Of a DNA stretch of 64,000 nt, positions 48,380 to 60,584 are shown in pieces. Position numbers and translations under genes: made by a program. Numbering within the stretch: position 1 is the stretch's first letter; each line of letters begins with the position of its first letter. This DNA is from Negaprion brevirostris (Eukaryota), in assembly GCA_030324005.1 (NCBI GenBank), contig JARDVH010000163.1, forward strand, positions 57,205,677 through 57,269,676. Direction: 5' to 3'. The notes beneath the pieces are model-generated. The model worked only from the letters and a program-made list of their open reading frames with translations. It was not told the origin of the DNA and searched no databases.

Positions 48380-49000
48380 ATCATATCTCTGTCTCATTAT
48401 GAAGAGATTAGGGCACAAAAGCATGAAACAGCTTGGTGGACACCAATCTGAATGATTGGTAGCAAATACCTCCAAGTCATTAAGATCAATGCTGTCACAC
48501 TTCAAGGAGAACTTCAGAGTATCTCTGAAACAGTTTCTTGCCCTTCCTGGTACGTTGACCATTCAAGAGTGGGGAGAACACGATGTGATAGTGGAGAAAG
48601 TTTATGGCCATGCAGACACAGTGGTCAATCCTTCAAAGTTGATTTTGCAGGAGATTGCAGGCTTCTGTGCTCCAAAACACTGAAAAATCATCATAATCCC
48701 ACTATTGCTGAATGATAATGAGTGCTAATTGCTTTGGTGAGAGATCTGAAATAGATGCATTCAAAATCCAGACTGGGGTCAAGTAAGGCTGTGAGATAGT
48801 AGATATTTTGGAAGCTATCTATCAGATGGTGACTATTCACCTCATCAAAGATCAATTGCCCTCTCATGTCAGCTGATGGAAAACATCTGAACGCTGAATA
48901 GAAATGCTCCACAGTTTACAGATGATTGACCACACTGTCATTGGCCATTCTGCTCTAGGTTTCCAATTCACTCTTGACCTCTTTAATACTGCATACAAAT
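48380..49000 (-). pseudogene. Decayed RTE-clade LINE ORF C-terminus
   Basis: ORF 48284-48562 PGRARNCFRDTLKFSLKCDSIDLNDLEVFATNHSDW matches the RTE/BovB-type C-terminal G.R.RG...R..DTLK.SLK...I....WE..A..R..W; upstream frame has an EHFY..A...DE-like remnant. Confidence 0.7.
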
Positions 49001-49333
49001 GGCCTGGACTGTCCTTGAATGTTGCCAAACCAAAATGTACTTCAACCCACGTCTGGTCACGTTCCATGTCCCATAAATGTTGAAGATGAGATTCTGGAAT
49101 ATGCTAAGCATTTCCCATACCTTGGCAGCCAACTCTCTCAAAAGGCTACCATCGATAAGATCTGACACTAGATTAGCTGCACTATTTCATTTGCTACAAA
49201 CTACAGAACATGTATCTGCAAATTAAGTCAACAAAAATCATTGCATACAGAACAGCTGTAGTCAGTACACTCCTGCATTGCAGATCTGGACTGTGTGTCG
49301 TTGATAGACAAAAGCTTGGAAAAGGTCCAGCAG

Positions 49334-49568
49334 CAAAGCTTCTTCCACATTACTGGGCTGGAATTCAACGTTGGTGAGAACCTCTGGTCCTGCTGACAGT
49401 GCACCCCCTCGTGTGTTTGCAAAGGGAAATCCCACTACTGGTGAACGCTGTGTTGCCTCCCACTGCGACTAACACACAACAGGAATCCCTCCCAATGGGA
49501 GGACTGTCAGACAAATTAAATTTGGCGCATATTTAATTCCTTGATTGGATTTCCTGGATTTCAGCCTT
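49334..49568. mobile_element. MITE-like element
   Basis: Termini 'gggctggaattca' and 'tggatttcagcc'. Confidence 0.45.
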
Positions 49569-49589
49569 CCTCCTTTTCATAAAAAGTCT

Positions 49590-50000
49590 TTTAAACCTGC
49601 CATGACTTCAGAATGTTCCAGGGCATTTTATAGCCAGTGAAATAGTTTTAAAAATACTGTTGTGCAATGTAGCAAACACAACAGCAAATTTGTGCCTATA
49701 GCAGTGTGTGAATGACCGGAGAATCTGACTTTCGTGGTAGTGTTTGTGGGATAAATATTAGGTAAGACACTGGGGAAAGCTCCCCTGCTTTTCTTTAGAA
49801 TAGTATCACGGGATCTTTGACATCTACCAAGTTGAAGGCAGCTCTATTTAATTTTTCACTCAAAAGATGGCACCCTTGGCAATGGAGCACTCCCTCTGGA
49901 TTGCGCTGTAACGTCAGTGTCAGTTAAAGTTTTATGCTCCTCACCGGACTTGAACTAATAACCTTCTGATTCAGGTGATCAAGCTACTCTGACACCTTAT
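49590..50000 (-). mobile_element. DeuSINE
   Basis: 'gggataaatattaggtaagacactggggaaagctcccctgcttttctttagaatagtatcacgggatcttt...gagcactccctc'. Confidence 0.85.
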
Positions 50001-50111
50001 TATCCACATTTTTATTGTCTCCTGCACTAGCATCTAAAGAGTTATATTGTTGGTTTAGACACATAGACTAGAAAATTAGTGTCACTGCCACTTTGAACAG
50101 AGGCTTTAAAA

Positions 50112-50515
50112 AAAATTCAGTCACAGGATGTGGGTGTTGCTGAGGAGACAGCGTTTGTTGTCCATTGCCAGTTTCCCTCGAGAAAATGATGGTGGGCTGT
50201 GTTTTTGAATACAACTGAATGACTTGCTAGGCCTTTTCAGAGGGTAGTTAAGAGTCAACCACCATATGTGGAGTCACACATAAAGTAGACTGATGGAAAA
50301 TTTCCTTCCCTACAGGACATTAGTGAGCCAGAGTTTTTATGACAAACCAGCAGTTTCATGGTCACTAATGTTGATACTAGCTTTTTAAAAAATTCCAGAT
50401 TCATTTAATTGAATTTAAATTTCTCAGTTGCAGTGGATGGGATTTGAACTCGTATGTCTGGATCATTAGTCCAGGCTCTGAATTACTAGTCTAGTGACAC
50501 AACCACTGGGCCCTC
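50112..50515 (-). mobile_element. SINE family B, near full length
   Basis: Reverse complement of head 'gggatttgaactcg..tctggatcattagtccagg..tactagtctagtgacacaaccact' and tail 'ttcagtcacaggatgtgggtgttgctg'. Confidence 0.85.
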
Positions 50516-51340
50516 CTGGTACCCTGCTTATCTTCCTACAGTTACAATACAGCCAGTGCAATTGGCCTCAGTTCCCCTACGAGAGTGAATCATCCAACAT
50601 TTGCACTCCCAATTGCTCTACAGTAACTCTTCAGACCATTTGAAGTATTTTTTTGCACCTTTATGAGAAAGGAACACTATTTTCTCCTCTGTCCCTCAAG
50701 GTCTTGGCCAAACCCAGCATCTGATTAAGAGAACAAAAAGCCTGTTTTGGCTGTCCTAACCATGGTCAGTCGCTGGAGACGCAAGAGCGTGACCAGGAGC
50801 GATGGATCCTTTTGCTCTTCTCACTCATCTCAAAATAGAAACCATTTGTACATTAAGTAAACTGTGGCTATCTAATATTCTCCTTCTCCATGATAGAAAG
50901 TATTGGAGGTGCAAATGTTATACCATCAATCCCCATTCCCCACTGTCCAATTTCCATCACAGTCAAATATGGGAATGACTAAACAGAATATTTTATGCTC
51001 TGTTAGGTATCACTTACATTTCCTGAAGCTGCTCTATGAGCAAAATGGGTGGGCAAACTTGCTAATCATGTGACACACCATTAATCACGTGAAAACTTCG
51101 AGCTCTGGGCATTTGAATAGAGAATGTGAGCTAATTGTTAGTCAGCCATTTTGCATTCAAAAATTGCTCCCCCAGGACGAATTTATGGAGGGTTCTTGCA
51201 AAGAAAATAGCACTTACAAAACAGAAGAAAAATATCTTACCAAGAATGTGTTTCAGGAGCTTTTATAATAAACACAAATACTGATAAGACTGAAAGCTGC
51301 ATTGGATATTATGTCTTCCGAACTGCTAGTTCCATCAGAT

Positions 51341-51642
51341 CAGCACAGTGGTTAACACTGCTGCCTCACAGCACCAGGGATCCGGATTCAACTTCGGTCT
51401 AGGGTCACTGTGTGGAGTTTTCACATTGTCCCCGTATCTGCATGGGTTTCCTCCGGGTGCTCTGGTTTCCTCCCACAGTCCAAAGATGAGCATGTTAGGC
51501 AGGCTGGTCATGCTAAATTGCCTTTAGTATGTGGGGGATTAGCAGCGTAAATATGTGGTGTAAAAGGGATAGCGCCTGGGTGGGATGCAGTTTCAATGGG
51601 CCGAAAAGCCTCCTTCTGCAATGTGGGGATTCTATGATTCTG
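51341..51642 (+). mobile_element. HE1-type V-SINE
   Basis: Head, V-domain and tail 'atgggccgaaaagcctccttctgcaatgtggggattctatgattct'. Confidence 0.92.
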
Positions 51643-51854
51643 TGATAGAATATCATGCCAAAGAAGGCAGCACCAATGATGTTATTCTGTCTCTCTTTTT
51701 CTTTGTTTGGGGTGAGGAGAAGAGTGTCTATAGAAGATTTCCTCAAAAGCTAAAATGGGTTGGGTAGAGTGGAGGTCATAAATCTGAAAATATAAAGCCA
51801 GCAGCAACAACAAAAGTGACTGTGACATTACACAATTTTTTATAAGTTCATGGG

Positions 51855-52025
51855 CTGACTGATGCCCTTGAGGGAAAGAAATCCATCATCCTTGCCTAGT
51901 TTGGCCTATATGTGACTCCAGCCTCACATCAACAAGTTGACTCTTCACTCCCCTATGAAGTGATCAGTTAGATAAGGAACAGGACATGAATATCAGTGAT
52001 ACTCATAAACCAACAGTGAATACAA
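51855..52025 (+). mobile_element. SINE family B fragment
   Basis: 'gagggaaagaaatccatcatccttgcctagtttggcctatatgtgactccagcc'. Confidence 0.7.
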
Positions 52026-54295
52026 AAACAATGTTAGGATGGCTTCCAATGAAAGAATGAGTCTTGTTTACATCACCCAGCTTCAGATAAGGGTGATGAG
52101 ACAGCTGTGACTTGTTACAATTTAACAGATTTGGAGCAAATGCCATGCAATACACTATCTGTGAAGGCCAACAGTTTTAACGAGCATCTGAACGGAATGC
52201 ACAGCCAAATGGCATTGATAGTGAATGAGTTATTAATTCAAGTTCGTATTAGTAAATATAAATCATTTCTGGCTGTGATATTTTTTGAAGATTGAAATGT
52301 TAATGAACTGCTGATGCTAATCAAACCCCCATTTCCTATGTTTTGCATGCACATTCAAAACATGGGTTTAAAGAGGGCTATTGCTCTCACAATAAATTCA
52401 GAAACATATTCTACCACAGTCACATATCAATCCGACATCCTTGCCAGCCATCTCGTGAGCGGAAAAAGTATGCCAATTTAGGGTCTGATTTTGGGCATTA
52501 GATTTTGCCATGGGTTTGCTCTTACTTGGAGCTGACTTGAGATGAATCCAATTACCCTCAGGATGCCAGTGTGTTTGAAGTTCCATAGGGTTATAGCTTG
52601 CTAGATGGCATTGGGGCTTTTGTTTCCTCTGGAACACAGAGCATCAATCTGCACCCTGAGATCTCAGGCATCACAAACACACGCCTACCGTCTCATTACA
52701 AGTTGAAACCAGAGCAAGTTAAATTGGCTGAAAACTTTGCCAGCAGCACACACTTGAATTCACTGCCATGCATCTACAATCCTGTTCCTCAGGTTTGAAA
52801 ATGGGGCTCATGCTGGCTAAGTAGAAAGGACAGTTTGACAATGTATCGTGACATGATGTTGTATGCTATACCACCTGCAGTGGCTAACATGCTTCTTTTG
52901 TGCTACTCCTCAATGTGAAGTGAAATTTTGTTATTCCATACTGGGACTGGTAAATTAATTTCATGTTGTCGCCCATATAGGTAAACATGTGCATCTTACA
53001 CTCCCTTTATGCTTTATGATACTCCCTGCGAACATAAAGACCAGTTTCACCACTAGGACATGGGCAGAAATGAACCCTCACCAATGTCCACCCAATTTGT
53101 GCCCACAGCTGAGGCTGAACTTTTCTGCTGATGGCCGAAGCCTGAGAAACCAAACACTCGGCTCCCAGCTCATCCACAAACACAACAAAGCTAGTGCCAC
53201 TCTGGAGGACGTTTGCTACTGTTCCCCAACGGTAGAAAATGTAGTCGACCTTGTTAAGTGCAACTCTCCTTCCGTTCCCTCAGTCCTCGAGTCATGTATC
53301 CAACTCGCACGTATTGGATTGGCACCACTGTGTGGATGGTGACAAACCTTTGAAATAAAATGACCTTAAGGGGAGCATAATTGTAATTAAGAACCTTATA
53401 GCTGGAGGAAAAAAAAAATCCTCATCCATTATTTCATTTTTTTTCATGTGGCAGTTATTGTATTTGTCTGATCAGATGGACATTGTACCCTGTGAGATTG
53501 GCTCAGGTTAAGTGCATAATGCTGCTCCTGTTTAGTGGCTTGCAGATCTGCAATGCAGATGAACTTTGATTCACTCCAGAATGTGTCATGAATAGTTGCC
53601 AGTCATGTAGTACCTACAAGTAGTTACTGAGGAATGAAAATAACATTGCCACCCACTCAATACAGCATTGAGACAAATGAGCAGAGAGCTGGGTTGTAAC
53701 CCAATCAGCCAGATCAGGGAGCTTGTCGAAACAGATTGAAGCTCACTCGCGAGGGGAATCTGTGACTATGTTATGCACGTAACAACAGGCATATGGGAGT
53801 GCAAAGCTGAACCATTTAGAAAGCACCAAATAAAGTTAACAAAGAGAAGACTGAACAGTTCAGAAATAAAGTCTGAGGCTGGGTAAGTTGTTATTATGAG
53901 GAGGGTGACCTCACGAGACAATCTTGAGGCTGTTCCCCTTAGATATTTCACAGAGATCTAATATTTGAGCAAACTCCTGGACTGTATTCTCACTCTTGAC
54001 TCCAAATGGATCCCTTCTGAATTTTGCTCCAGGAAATCAGAACCACTTCACAATCCATAGAGCAGAAGGCCATTGCTTCAAATATAACAGAACCCACTGC
54101 AACAAATGTAATTTCAGACTATGTAGATGGATCAAAACCTATGCATGTTTAAAGGAGTACGCAGACAGTCTCAGTACATGAATGCAGCATTCAGTATAGC
54201 ATCAAACATTGTAGAGCAAGATTTGAATTCTGATCATCCACTTCATCCTAGTGGCAAAGGTGTGGCAGCTGGGGAAAAACCTGCTGCAAAACTGA

Positions 54296-54631
54296 CAACA
54301 CTGTAGTATAGTGGTTAGCACTACTGCCTCACCTTGCCAAGGACCCGGGTTCAATTCTGACCTCAGGTCAATGTCTGTGTGGAGTTTGCACATTCTCCTC
54401 CTGTCTATGTGGGTTTCCTCTCACACTCCAAAGATGTGCAGGTTCAGTGACTTGGCCATGCTAAATTGCCCCTCAGTATCCCAGGCTCTATAGATTAGGG
54501 GGATTAGCAAGGTAAATGCATGGGTTATGGGGATGGGGTCAGGGTTGGGTATGGATAAGAAGCTCTGTCAGAGAGGTGATGCAGAGTTGATGGGCTGAAT
54601 GGCCTTATTCTGCATTGTAGAGATTCTATGA
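54296..54631 (+). mobile_element. HE1-type V-SINE
   Basis: 'gtggttagcactactgcctcac...gtggagtttgcacattctcc...tgggctgaatggcc..ttctgcattgtagagattctatg'. Confidence 0.92.
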
Positions 54632-54939
54632 ATAGCAAGGAAAATTGGAGGGAATAGATATGAAATCCAATGCTAATAAATGTGAGGGTCTATCTGTCTT
54701 TACTTTCAATACTGCCTGGACTCTGCAATATGTTATTTCTTCTGTGAAATGTGGCAATCACACAGGCTATCCTGGGCCAGCCGTTACACACCATATATAA
54801 ATGTGGCATCGTGAGGCATTGTATCATTTCCATATGAGATTGGATCGCAGCAAAATTTCAATCTGCCTTCCTGCAATGTCTAAAAGCACTTCCAGCAGGA
54901 GTTGGTGAATGACAATCAGCAATCCAGGCCTCCCCTCAA

Positions 54940-55150
54940 CACCCCAAAGGCTGGTACAAGTTTGAAACTCTCTACCACAAATGGCAAGCTGAGGTTGATA
55001 GTTTTTTTTTATTAACCAAAGGGACTTTGGGGAAAAGGATGGGTCTATGGAGTTAGGTACCAGATCAGTCACATGCTCATCAGAACAGGGTCAAGGTGCA
55101 GGTACCAATCAGTCAGAACAGGCTCATGGGGCCTACACCTGTTCCTATAT
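54940..55150 (+). mobile_element. CR1-type 3' tail with a small internal duplication
   Basis: 'ggagttaggtaccagatcagtcac...agaacaggctcatggggcctacacctgttcctat'. Confidence 0.55.
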
Positions 55151-55754
55151 TCTCCAAGCCAGGGTGCTGAGGCCAATTTGAACGCACTGACAGCAGCTCC
55201 AGCTGAAATCAGCAGAAAATGGGAAGTTCTGTCTGATTAAACTTCTGAGTGCCTTGGGACATGTTTCTGCTTGAAAGGTACCCTATAAATGCAAGTTGAA
55301 CTTGTTTTACTTTGTTTTGTAGGATTTATTTTATATGATGCACTCTTCAGTTGTTTATCCAAACACCATTTATTTGAATTAACTAGTTATCTGAATTTCC
55401 CCTGTTGCTTCTTTATATAATTATTGGATTCACAGCAGATCTATTTAGATAAACAGAATTCAACAGTGTATAATAGTTACTAACCTACTGCATTCTTTGT
55501 AACCTTTTTGTGTAATAGTATAATTTACAATCATTTCCTCTGATATGGTAGCCTTAGGAAGAGTAAAGTACTGCAGTAATGAGTTATATACAAAAGGGAA
55601 TTAATAAAGGTGCTTGACCTGAAAAACAAAGCCACGCGTATTACAGTTTAATGGTTATGTTTTCCGGAGAACTGCTATGGTAATAATGAGCACTGCAACT
55701 GTATAAGAGTAAGGCGGTCCATTAATGGAGCAAACACAAATCTAAAAATTGCAC

Positions 55755-56110
55755 AGCTTCCCATTAGCTCAGTAGCCAATGTACCAAGCAGTGTGGCNNN
55801 NNNNNNNATCTCAGGCTCAAAAACTGGCTTGTAGCGGGTCAGTTCCTTTAAATCAAAGCAGTTGAGTTGGCATTATTGCCCTCAAGTGTCATGGGGAGGT
55901 GGGGGTGGAGTTGGGGCATGGAGGACAGATAGCCAGGCTGCAACCAGGCATCTCCTAATGGCTAACTGCTGACCCCTGAATAAGACAGGAATAGAGAATG
56001 GGACTGAATTTGGCTGTGATGCTCCCAAGCTCAAACTGCAAACACACTTGAAGGGGGGAAGTGGAGGTGGAGAAGGACTTCAGAAATGTCTGTCATTACC
56101 AACTGGGATA
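55755..56110 (+). mobile_element. AmnSINE2-like SINE
   Basis: Head 'agcttcccattagctcagt...gtgtggc' and body 'tgacccctg...ttggctgtgatgctccc'. Confidence 0.5.
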
Positions 56111-56132
56111 CATGATTCAAAGCAGCAATGCA

Positions 56133-56251
56133 GGGCAGAATTTTAACAGCATGAGGTGTGTACAAACCCGCCCGAGGCCAATGGACAATGCCATTCTCTG
56201 AGCCTCGACTGCCCCCAGAATCAGGGTGGGCGTGCTTGTAAAATTCTGGCC
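56133..56251. mobile_element. ~119-bp MITE
   Basis: TIRs 'gggcagaatttta' and 'taaaattctggcc'. Confidence 0.7.
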
Positions 56252-57389
56252 AAGGTCTCCAAACAATGTGCTTAATAATAATAGTGGGTGTTATATATTT
56301 AAAAAGGATGCAGGTTGCTTTAAGAGCTGATCACATGACTTGATGACGATGATATTAGAATGTATGTTCAGCTTTCTGTTTTAATTTCAATCTTGTATTT
56401 GGTGCAAAGCAAAGCACAGCTGTTCAATAAAACCTGTTGTGTGTTTGTTTGAATCTACTTGTGCAAACCAAGCCTTTTCTTTTTTTGCTAAAACCTACCT
56501 ATCATAGTTAGGACATTAGAGTATGCCTTGCTTCATCTTGTGTATGTGCAGCCAGGAGAAAGAGGAATGAAAGTCATTGTGTCAGCTAAGTGCTGCTACA
56601 GTGTAACTTGAGGTACCATTTAACCATTGTCATTACGTTAGATGTCTGAAGGTCTGCAGTGAGTTCAGTGAATGTAAAATAACAGGATGAATTTGGATCC
56701 CTTCTCCTGAATTAAGTTACCCCAGTCCTGACATTTTTTTTGAAACAAGATATTGCTGGAAACTTCAATTTGCATTCGGATTTTTGAGCGGAATGTAATC
56801 ACAGACTGAAATCATTGATTTGCTTTCCAATACATGGAAACAATTTTAATTTCAGCTTCGTGCCCATACAAGCTGTCTCTGAATAAACAGCCATGTAATT
56901 TTGACTGCCTGCCCTAATTTGAATGCAAGTTGATCCCATCCATTTGTTTAGGGCACTGAGCTTCATTTCAAACATCTCCAAATCAAATTCTACCCAAATG
57001 GAAAACTTCCAATCAAAGCAGGTTTGTCACAAAGTGGTCAAAACTCTACCAGCAATCCTCGGATTGCAGCAATTTCTTGAAATTTCTAATGGCTGCACTG
57101 TTACCTGAGCAGCAGTCTCTGTGCAGTGAGTATCAGCATGTTTCGTCACCCAAGAGGGTCCCCAAGGGCAATCCAGATCCCATTATCACATGATCCTCCT
57201 TCATGCGCAACTGCCAAGGTGATAGATGAGAGTATGAAACCCAATCAATTTTTCTTTGCACCAACTCATTCTGAGGCCCAATATCACAACTCCTCCCCGC
57301 CCCACCATTTTCTCCAGTTAAAGATAACTAATGAAGCCGGGGGCTTAGGATCTGTATGTCTTGACCAAAATTTATTCCTCCAATAACAC

Positions 57390-57575
57390 CTAAACAATTA
57401 GATTGACCTCATCATCTCATTGCTGCTCATGAGTGCTTGCTGTACAAAACTGGATGCGGTAATTTTCAACATTACAACAATGACCACATTTGAAAAGTAT
57501 TTAATTGACTGTAAAGAATTTTTGGAACACAACGATCGTGAAAGACGCTACAGAAATGCACCTCCTTTCTTTCTT
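57390..57575 (+). mobile_element. DeuSINE 3' end
   Basis: 'cattacaacaatgaccacatttgaaaagtatttaattgactgtaaag...gtgaaagacgctacagaaatgca'. Confidence 0.8.
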
Positions 57576-58489
57576 GCAGTTACTAGGTTGGAGGGGGAAC
57601 AAGACTAGACTAGACTTTTTATTTCTGCAGGATACAAGGGTTTATTAAGAGACACAAAGCACCTACAGTGATGGTGACGGGTATTTTGTGATGGGAACTG
57701 GAATTTGGAGTTGTGAAAAATGAATAAAACCTGTCAGGGAAAGTGTATCATTCAATTATCTGATCAAAATCTGCTCTAGCAGAGTGTGCACAAAGGTACT
57801 GAACACATTGATGCGGCACCAAAAAATAAACTTGAAGTGTCTGCATATTTGAGTTTTATTAGCTGGTCAGTGATTGACACACATTACTTATCTGCTCAAA
57901 ATCAATGTATTGACAATGTTTGAGCAAAGTTAGATATTCAAACCAAAGGAAGGGTTATGATTGGCTGGGAAATGATCCACAATAAATTCACAGTTTGAGT
58001 TCAAGGTCTTGAGAGTGGAGTGGAATGGGGAGATGGGTGGAGGCAGGGGAGAATGGAAATATGGTGGGGATGAAAGTGTGTGCTGTCCAATCCCCCAAAT
58101 TCTGTTGGGAAGTTGTTTAGTTTTAATTGTTTGCTCAAAGGCTAGTTTGATCGTAAAACCATTTTCAAATGATTTTGCGCAGAAAATTTTATTAAACAGA
58201 TTCCTCCCACATTATAGGGTCGCACAATGGAACCAAATGGTCTGTACTATGAATATTTACAAATGATCTGCAAATTTTCTATTGAAGTCTATTTTTCTCC
58301 AGTTTTCTTACAGATATAATCACATTGTTATGATAAAAGCTCACCTGGTCAACTGCAAACAACTCAACCGGCCAGCAGCAAACTGACCAGCTGAGAGGTA
58401 GTCAGCTAAAATTAGCTCAACTGAGACTGATTTAAATTCCCACTTAAATGTCGACCAGTTACAACTGATTTTCCCATGAAAAAAAGCCA

Positions 58490-59670
58490 TGAAGGCCTTG
58501 GAGAGGATATGGAGGAGATTTACCAGAACACTCAGATTTCAGTTACATGCAGAGACCAGAGAGGCTGGAATTATTCTCCTTTGAGATAGAACCGTTCAAA
58601 ATTATGCAAAGTTCTATTGATTAAATAAGGGGAAATTGTTTCTACTGACTGGTGATCCAGCAACCAGATTATCATAGAATCTCTATAATGTTAAAGAAGG
58701 CCATTCAGCCCACTGAGATTGCACCGGCTCTCTTAAAAGCATCTTACCCATACCCACCCCCTGCTCTATCCCATAACTCCACACATCCCACTAATCTCCC
58801 TGACCTACACGTCTTTGGACGCAAAAGGACAATTTAGCATGGCCAATTAACCTAACCTGCAGATCTTTGGACTGNNNNNNNNNNNNNNNNNNNNNNNNNN
58901 NNNNNNNNNNNNNNNNNNNNNNNNNNNNNNNNNNNNNNNNNNNNNNNNNNNNNNNNNNNNNNNNNNNNNNNNNNNNNNNNNNNNNNNNNNNNNNNNNNNN
59001 NNNNACAATGCAGAAGAAGTCATTCAGCCCACTGAGTCTGCACCAACTGTCTAACAGAGAATTGTACCCAAGCCCTCTACCCGTTCCTAGCCCCATGACT
59101 CCATAAATTTCCCATGGCTAATCCATTTAACCGAAACATCTTGGGACACTGAGGGGCAATTTAGCACAGCCAATCTACCTAATCTGCATATCTTTTGATC
59201 GAGGGAGGTAATGACCTAATGGTAATATCGGTAGACTATTAATCCAGAAACTCAGCTAATGTTCTGGGAATCTGGGTTCGAATCCCGCCATGCAGACACA
59301 GGGAGAACGTGCAAACTCCACACAGTCATCCAAGTCTGGAATTGAGCCCGGGTCTCATGAGCTGTAAGGCAGCAGTGTTAATCACTGTGCTACCACGTTA
59401 ATTTTAGATTTAAGATAATTGGCAAAAGAACCAGAGGGAAGATGAGACCGATTTTTAAGCAGCAAGTTGTTATGATTCATTGTTTGAAAGGGCAGCGCGG
59501 ATCAAAGCAGATTTAATAGTAACTTTGAAAAAAAGGAATGGGACACTTAAAAGGAATTCAGTTAAATTGAAAAGGAACAATTTAAGGGCTGCAAGGACAG
59601 GGTGTGGGGCTAATTAGATACCTCTTTCGAAAGCTGACACAGGCACACTGGACTGAAAGGCCTCCTCCTT
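58490..59670 (+). mobile_element. CR1 3' fragment interrupted by two HE1 copies
   Basis: 'gccttggagaggat..ggagatttaccagaa...caaccaga|HE1s|agatttaagataattggcaaaagaaccagagg...cacaggcacactggactgaaaggcctcctc'. Confidence 0.8.
58673..59400 (-). mobile_element. Two head-to-tail HE1 V-SINEs; the second is chimeric at 59203-59296
   Basis: Two tails ('catagaatctcta...' at 58673 and 'acaatgcagaagaagtcattcagccc' at 59005); head at 59300-59400. Confidence 0.85.
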
Positions 59671-59869
59671 CAGTAAGGCTCCCTGACATAGTGCACAGCT
59701 TTTGTTTTTTTAATGTGGAATGTCCTTCATGGTCCTGCTGCACCATGTGGTGACCTAGATGACAAAAGGTGAACCAGATGTTCGTGCTTCTTTCCTCTGG
59801 CTGTTTTTAAATTGTTGCAATGCCATTGGCATCAGACATCTGGGGCTCACCCTGTGCATAGTAACCTAA

Positions 59870-60074
59870 TAAGTCTCTCAACACCAGGTCCAACAGGTTT
59901 ATTTGAAAGCACAAGCCACTAGCTTTAGGAGCCCTGCCCCTTCATCAGGTGAGTTAAGGGGTAGTGCTCTGAAAGCTAGTGGCATTTGCTACCAAACAAC
60001 CTGTTGGACTTTAACCTGGTGTTGTGAGACTTCTTACTGTGATTACCCTAGTCCAACGCTGGCGTCTCCACATC
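59870..60074. mobile_element. Palindromic (inverted) Penelope pLTR pair
   Basis: 'aagtctctcaacaccagg..tccaacaggtttatttg..gccactagcttt' is the reverse complement of 'aaagctagtggc..caaacaacctgttggactttaacctggtgttgtgagactt'; centre about 59953. Confidence 0.85.
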
Positions 60075-60584
60075 GTGGATATCAACCTTGCCAGCTTTGT
60101 GAAATCTGACCACTGGAAGACTCGTTTAAAAACAGACAAAAACATTTATACAAGGAGCATTCCAAGTGGCCAGCCCTGGTGACTATACAAAATTTATTTT
60201 GCCATCCCAGCAGTGCAAACTCCATGCAAAAGTGCCAGTGGCCCTGACACAGCAGGGGTAAAAGTAACAAAAGCAGAGGCACACCAAGAATGTCAAAACA
60301 AACATCGCTGAGTTTGTGGAAATCTCTTAGTCCAAAAGCTTGAATAGATCATTTCAATTAGACAGGTTAGGTTGAACTGGGGCACATGTGTATATGAAAG
60401 TAGAAGTAGATTATGCGTCAGGAGGATTATGTTGCCCAGCAGGCCATTGGGCTTTTCAGCAAGTTGTTGACATATTCAGTGAATGTGGGATTCACTGCAA
60501 GCATTCAAATGGAATCTGGTCACATTCTTAACAATAGCTGGTACCACAGCCTTTCAGATGCCAGTTGGGGTATTGAGTGAAAAA

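Noticed and set aside
1400-54493. Recurring similar short ORFs (for example MWSLHIFPVFVWIS…, MCKLHTD…) suggesting a small-protein family
   Set aside because: They are chance translations of HE1 SINE copies
56288-56515. Possible solo LTR (TG start, AATAAA, CA end)
   Set aside because: No matching TSD and no second copy in the window, so support is insufficient
57615-57680. Acceptor 'tttttatttctgcag' with donor 'gtgacg'
   Set aside because: Weak donor and no recognisable peptide; such sites are common by chance
1315-59400. tRNA genes at A-box/B-box motifs ('gtggttagc...ggttcaattc', 'ggttcgaatccc')
   Set aside because: Each continues directly into SINE body sequence, or is a SINE head fragment, and I saw no complete cloverleaf
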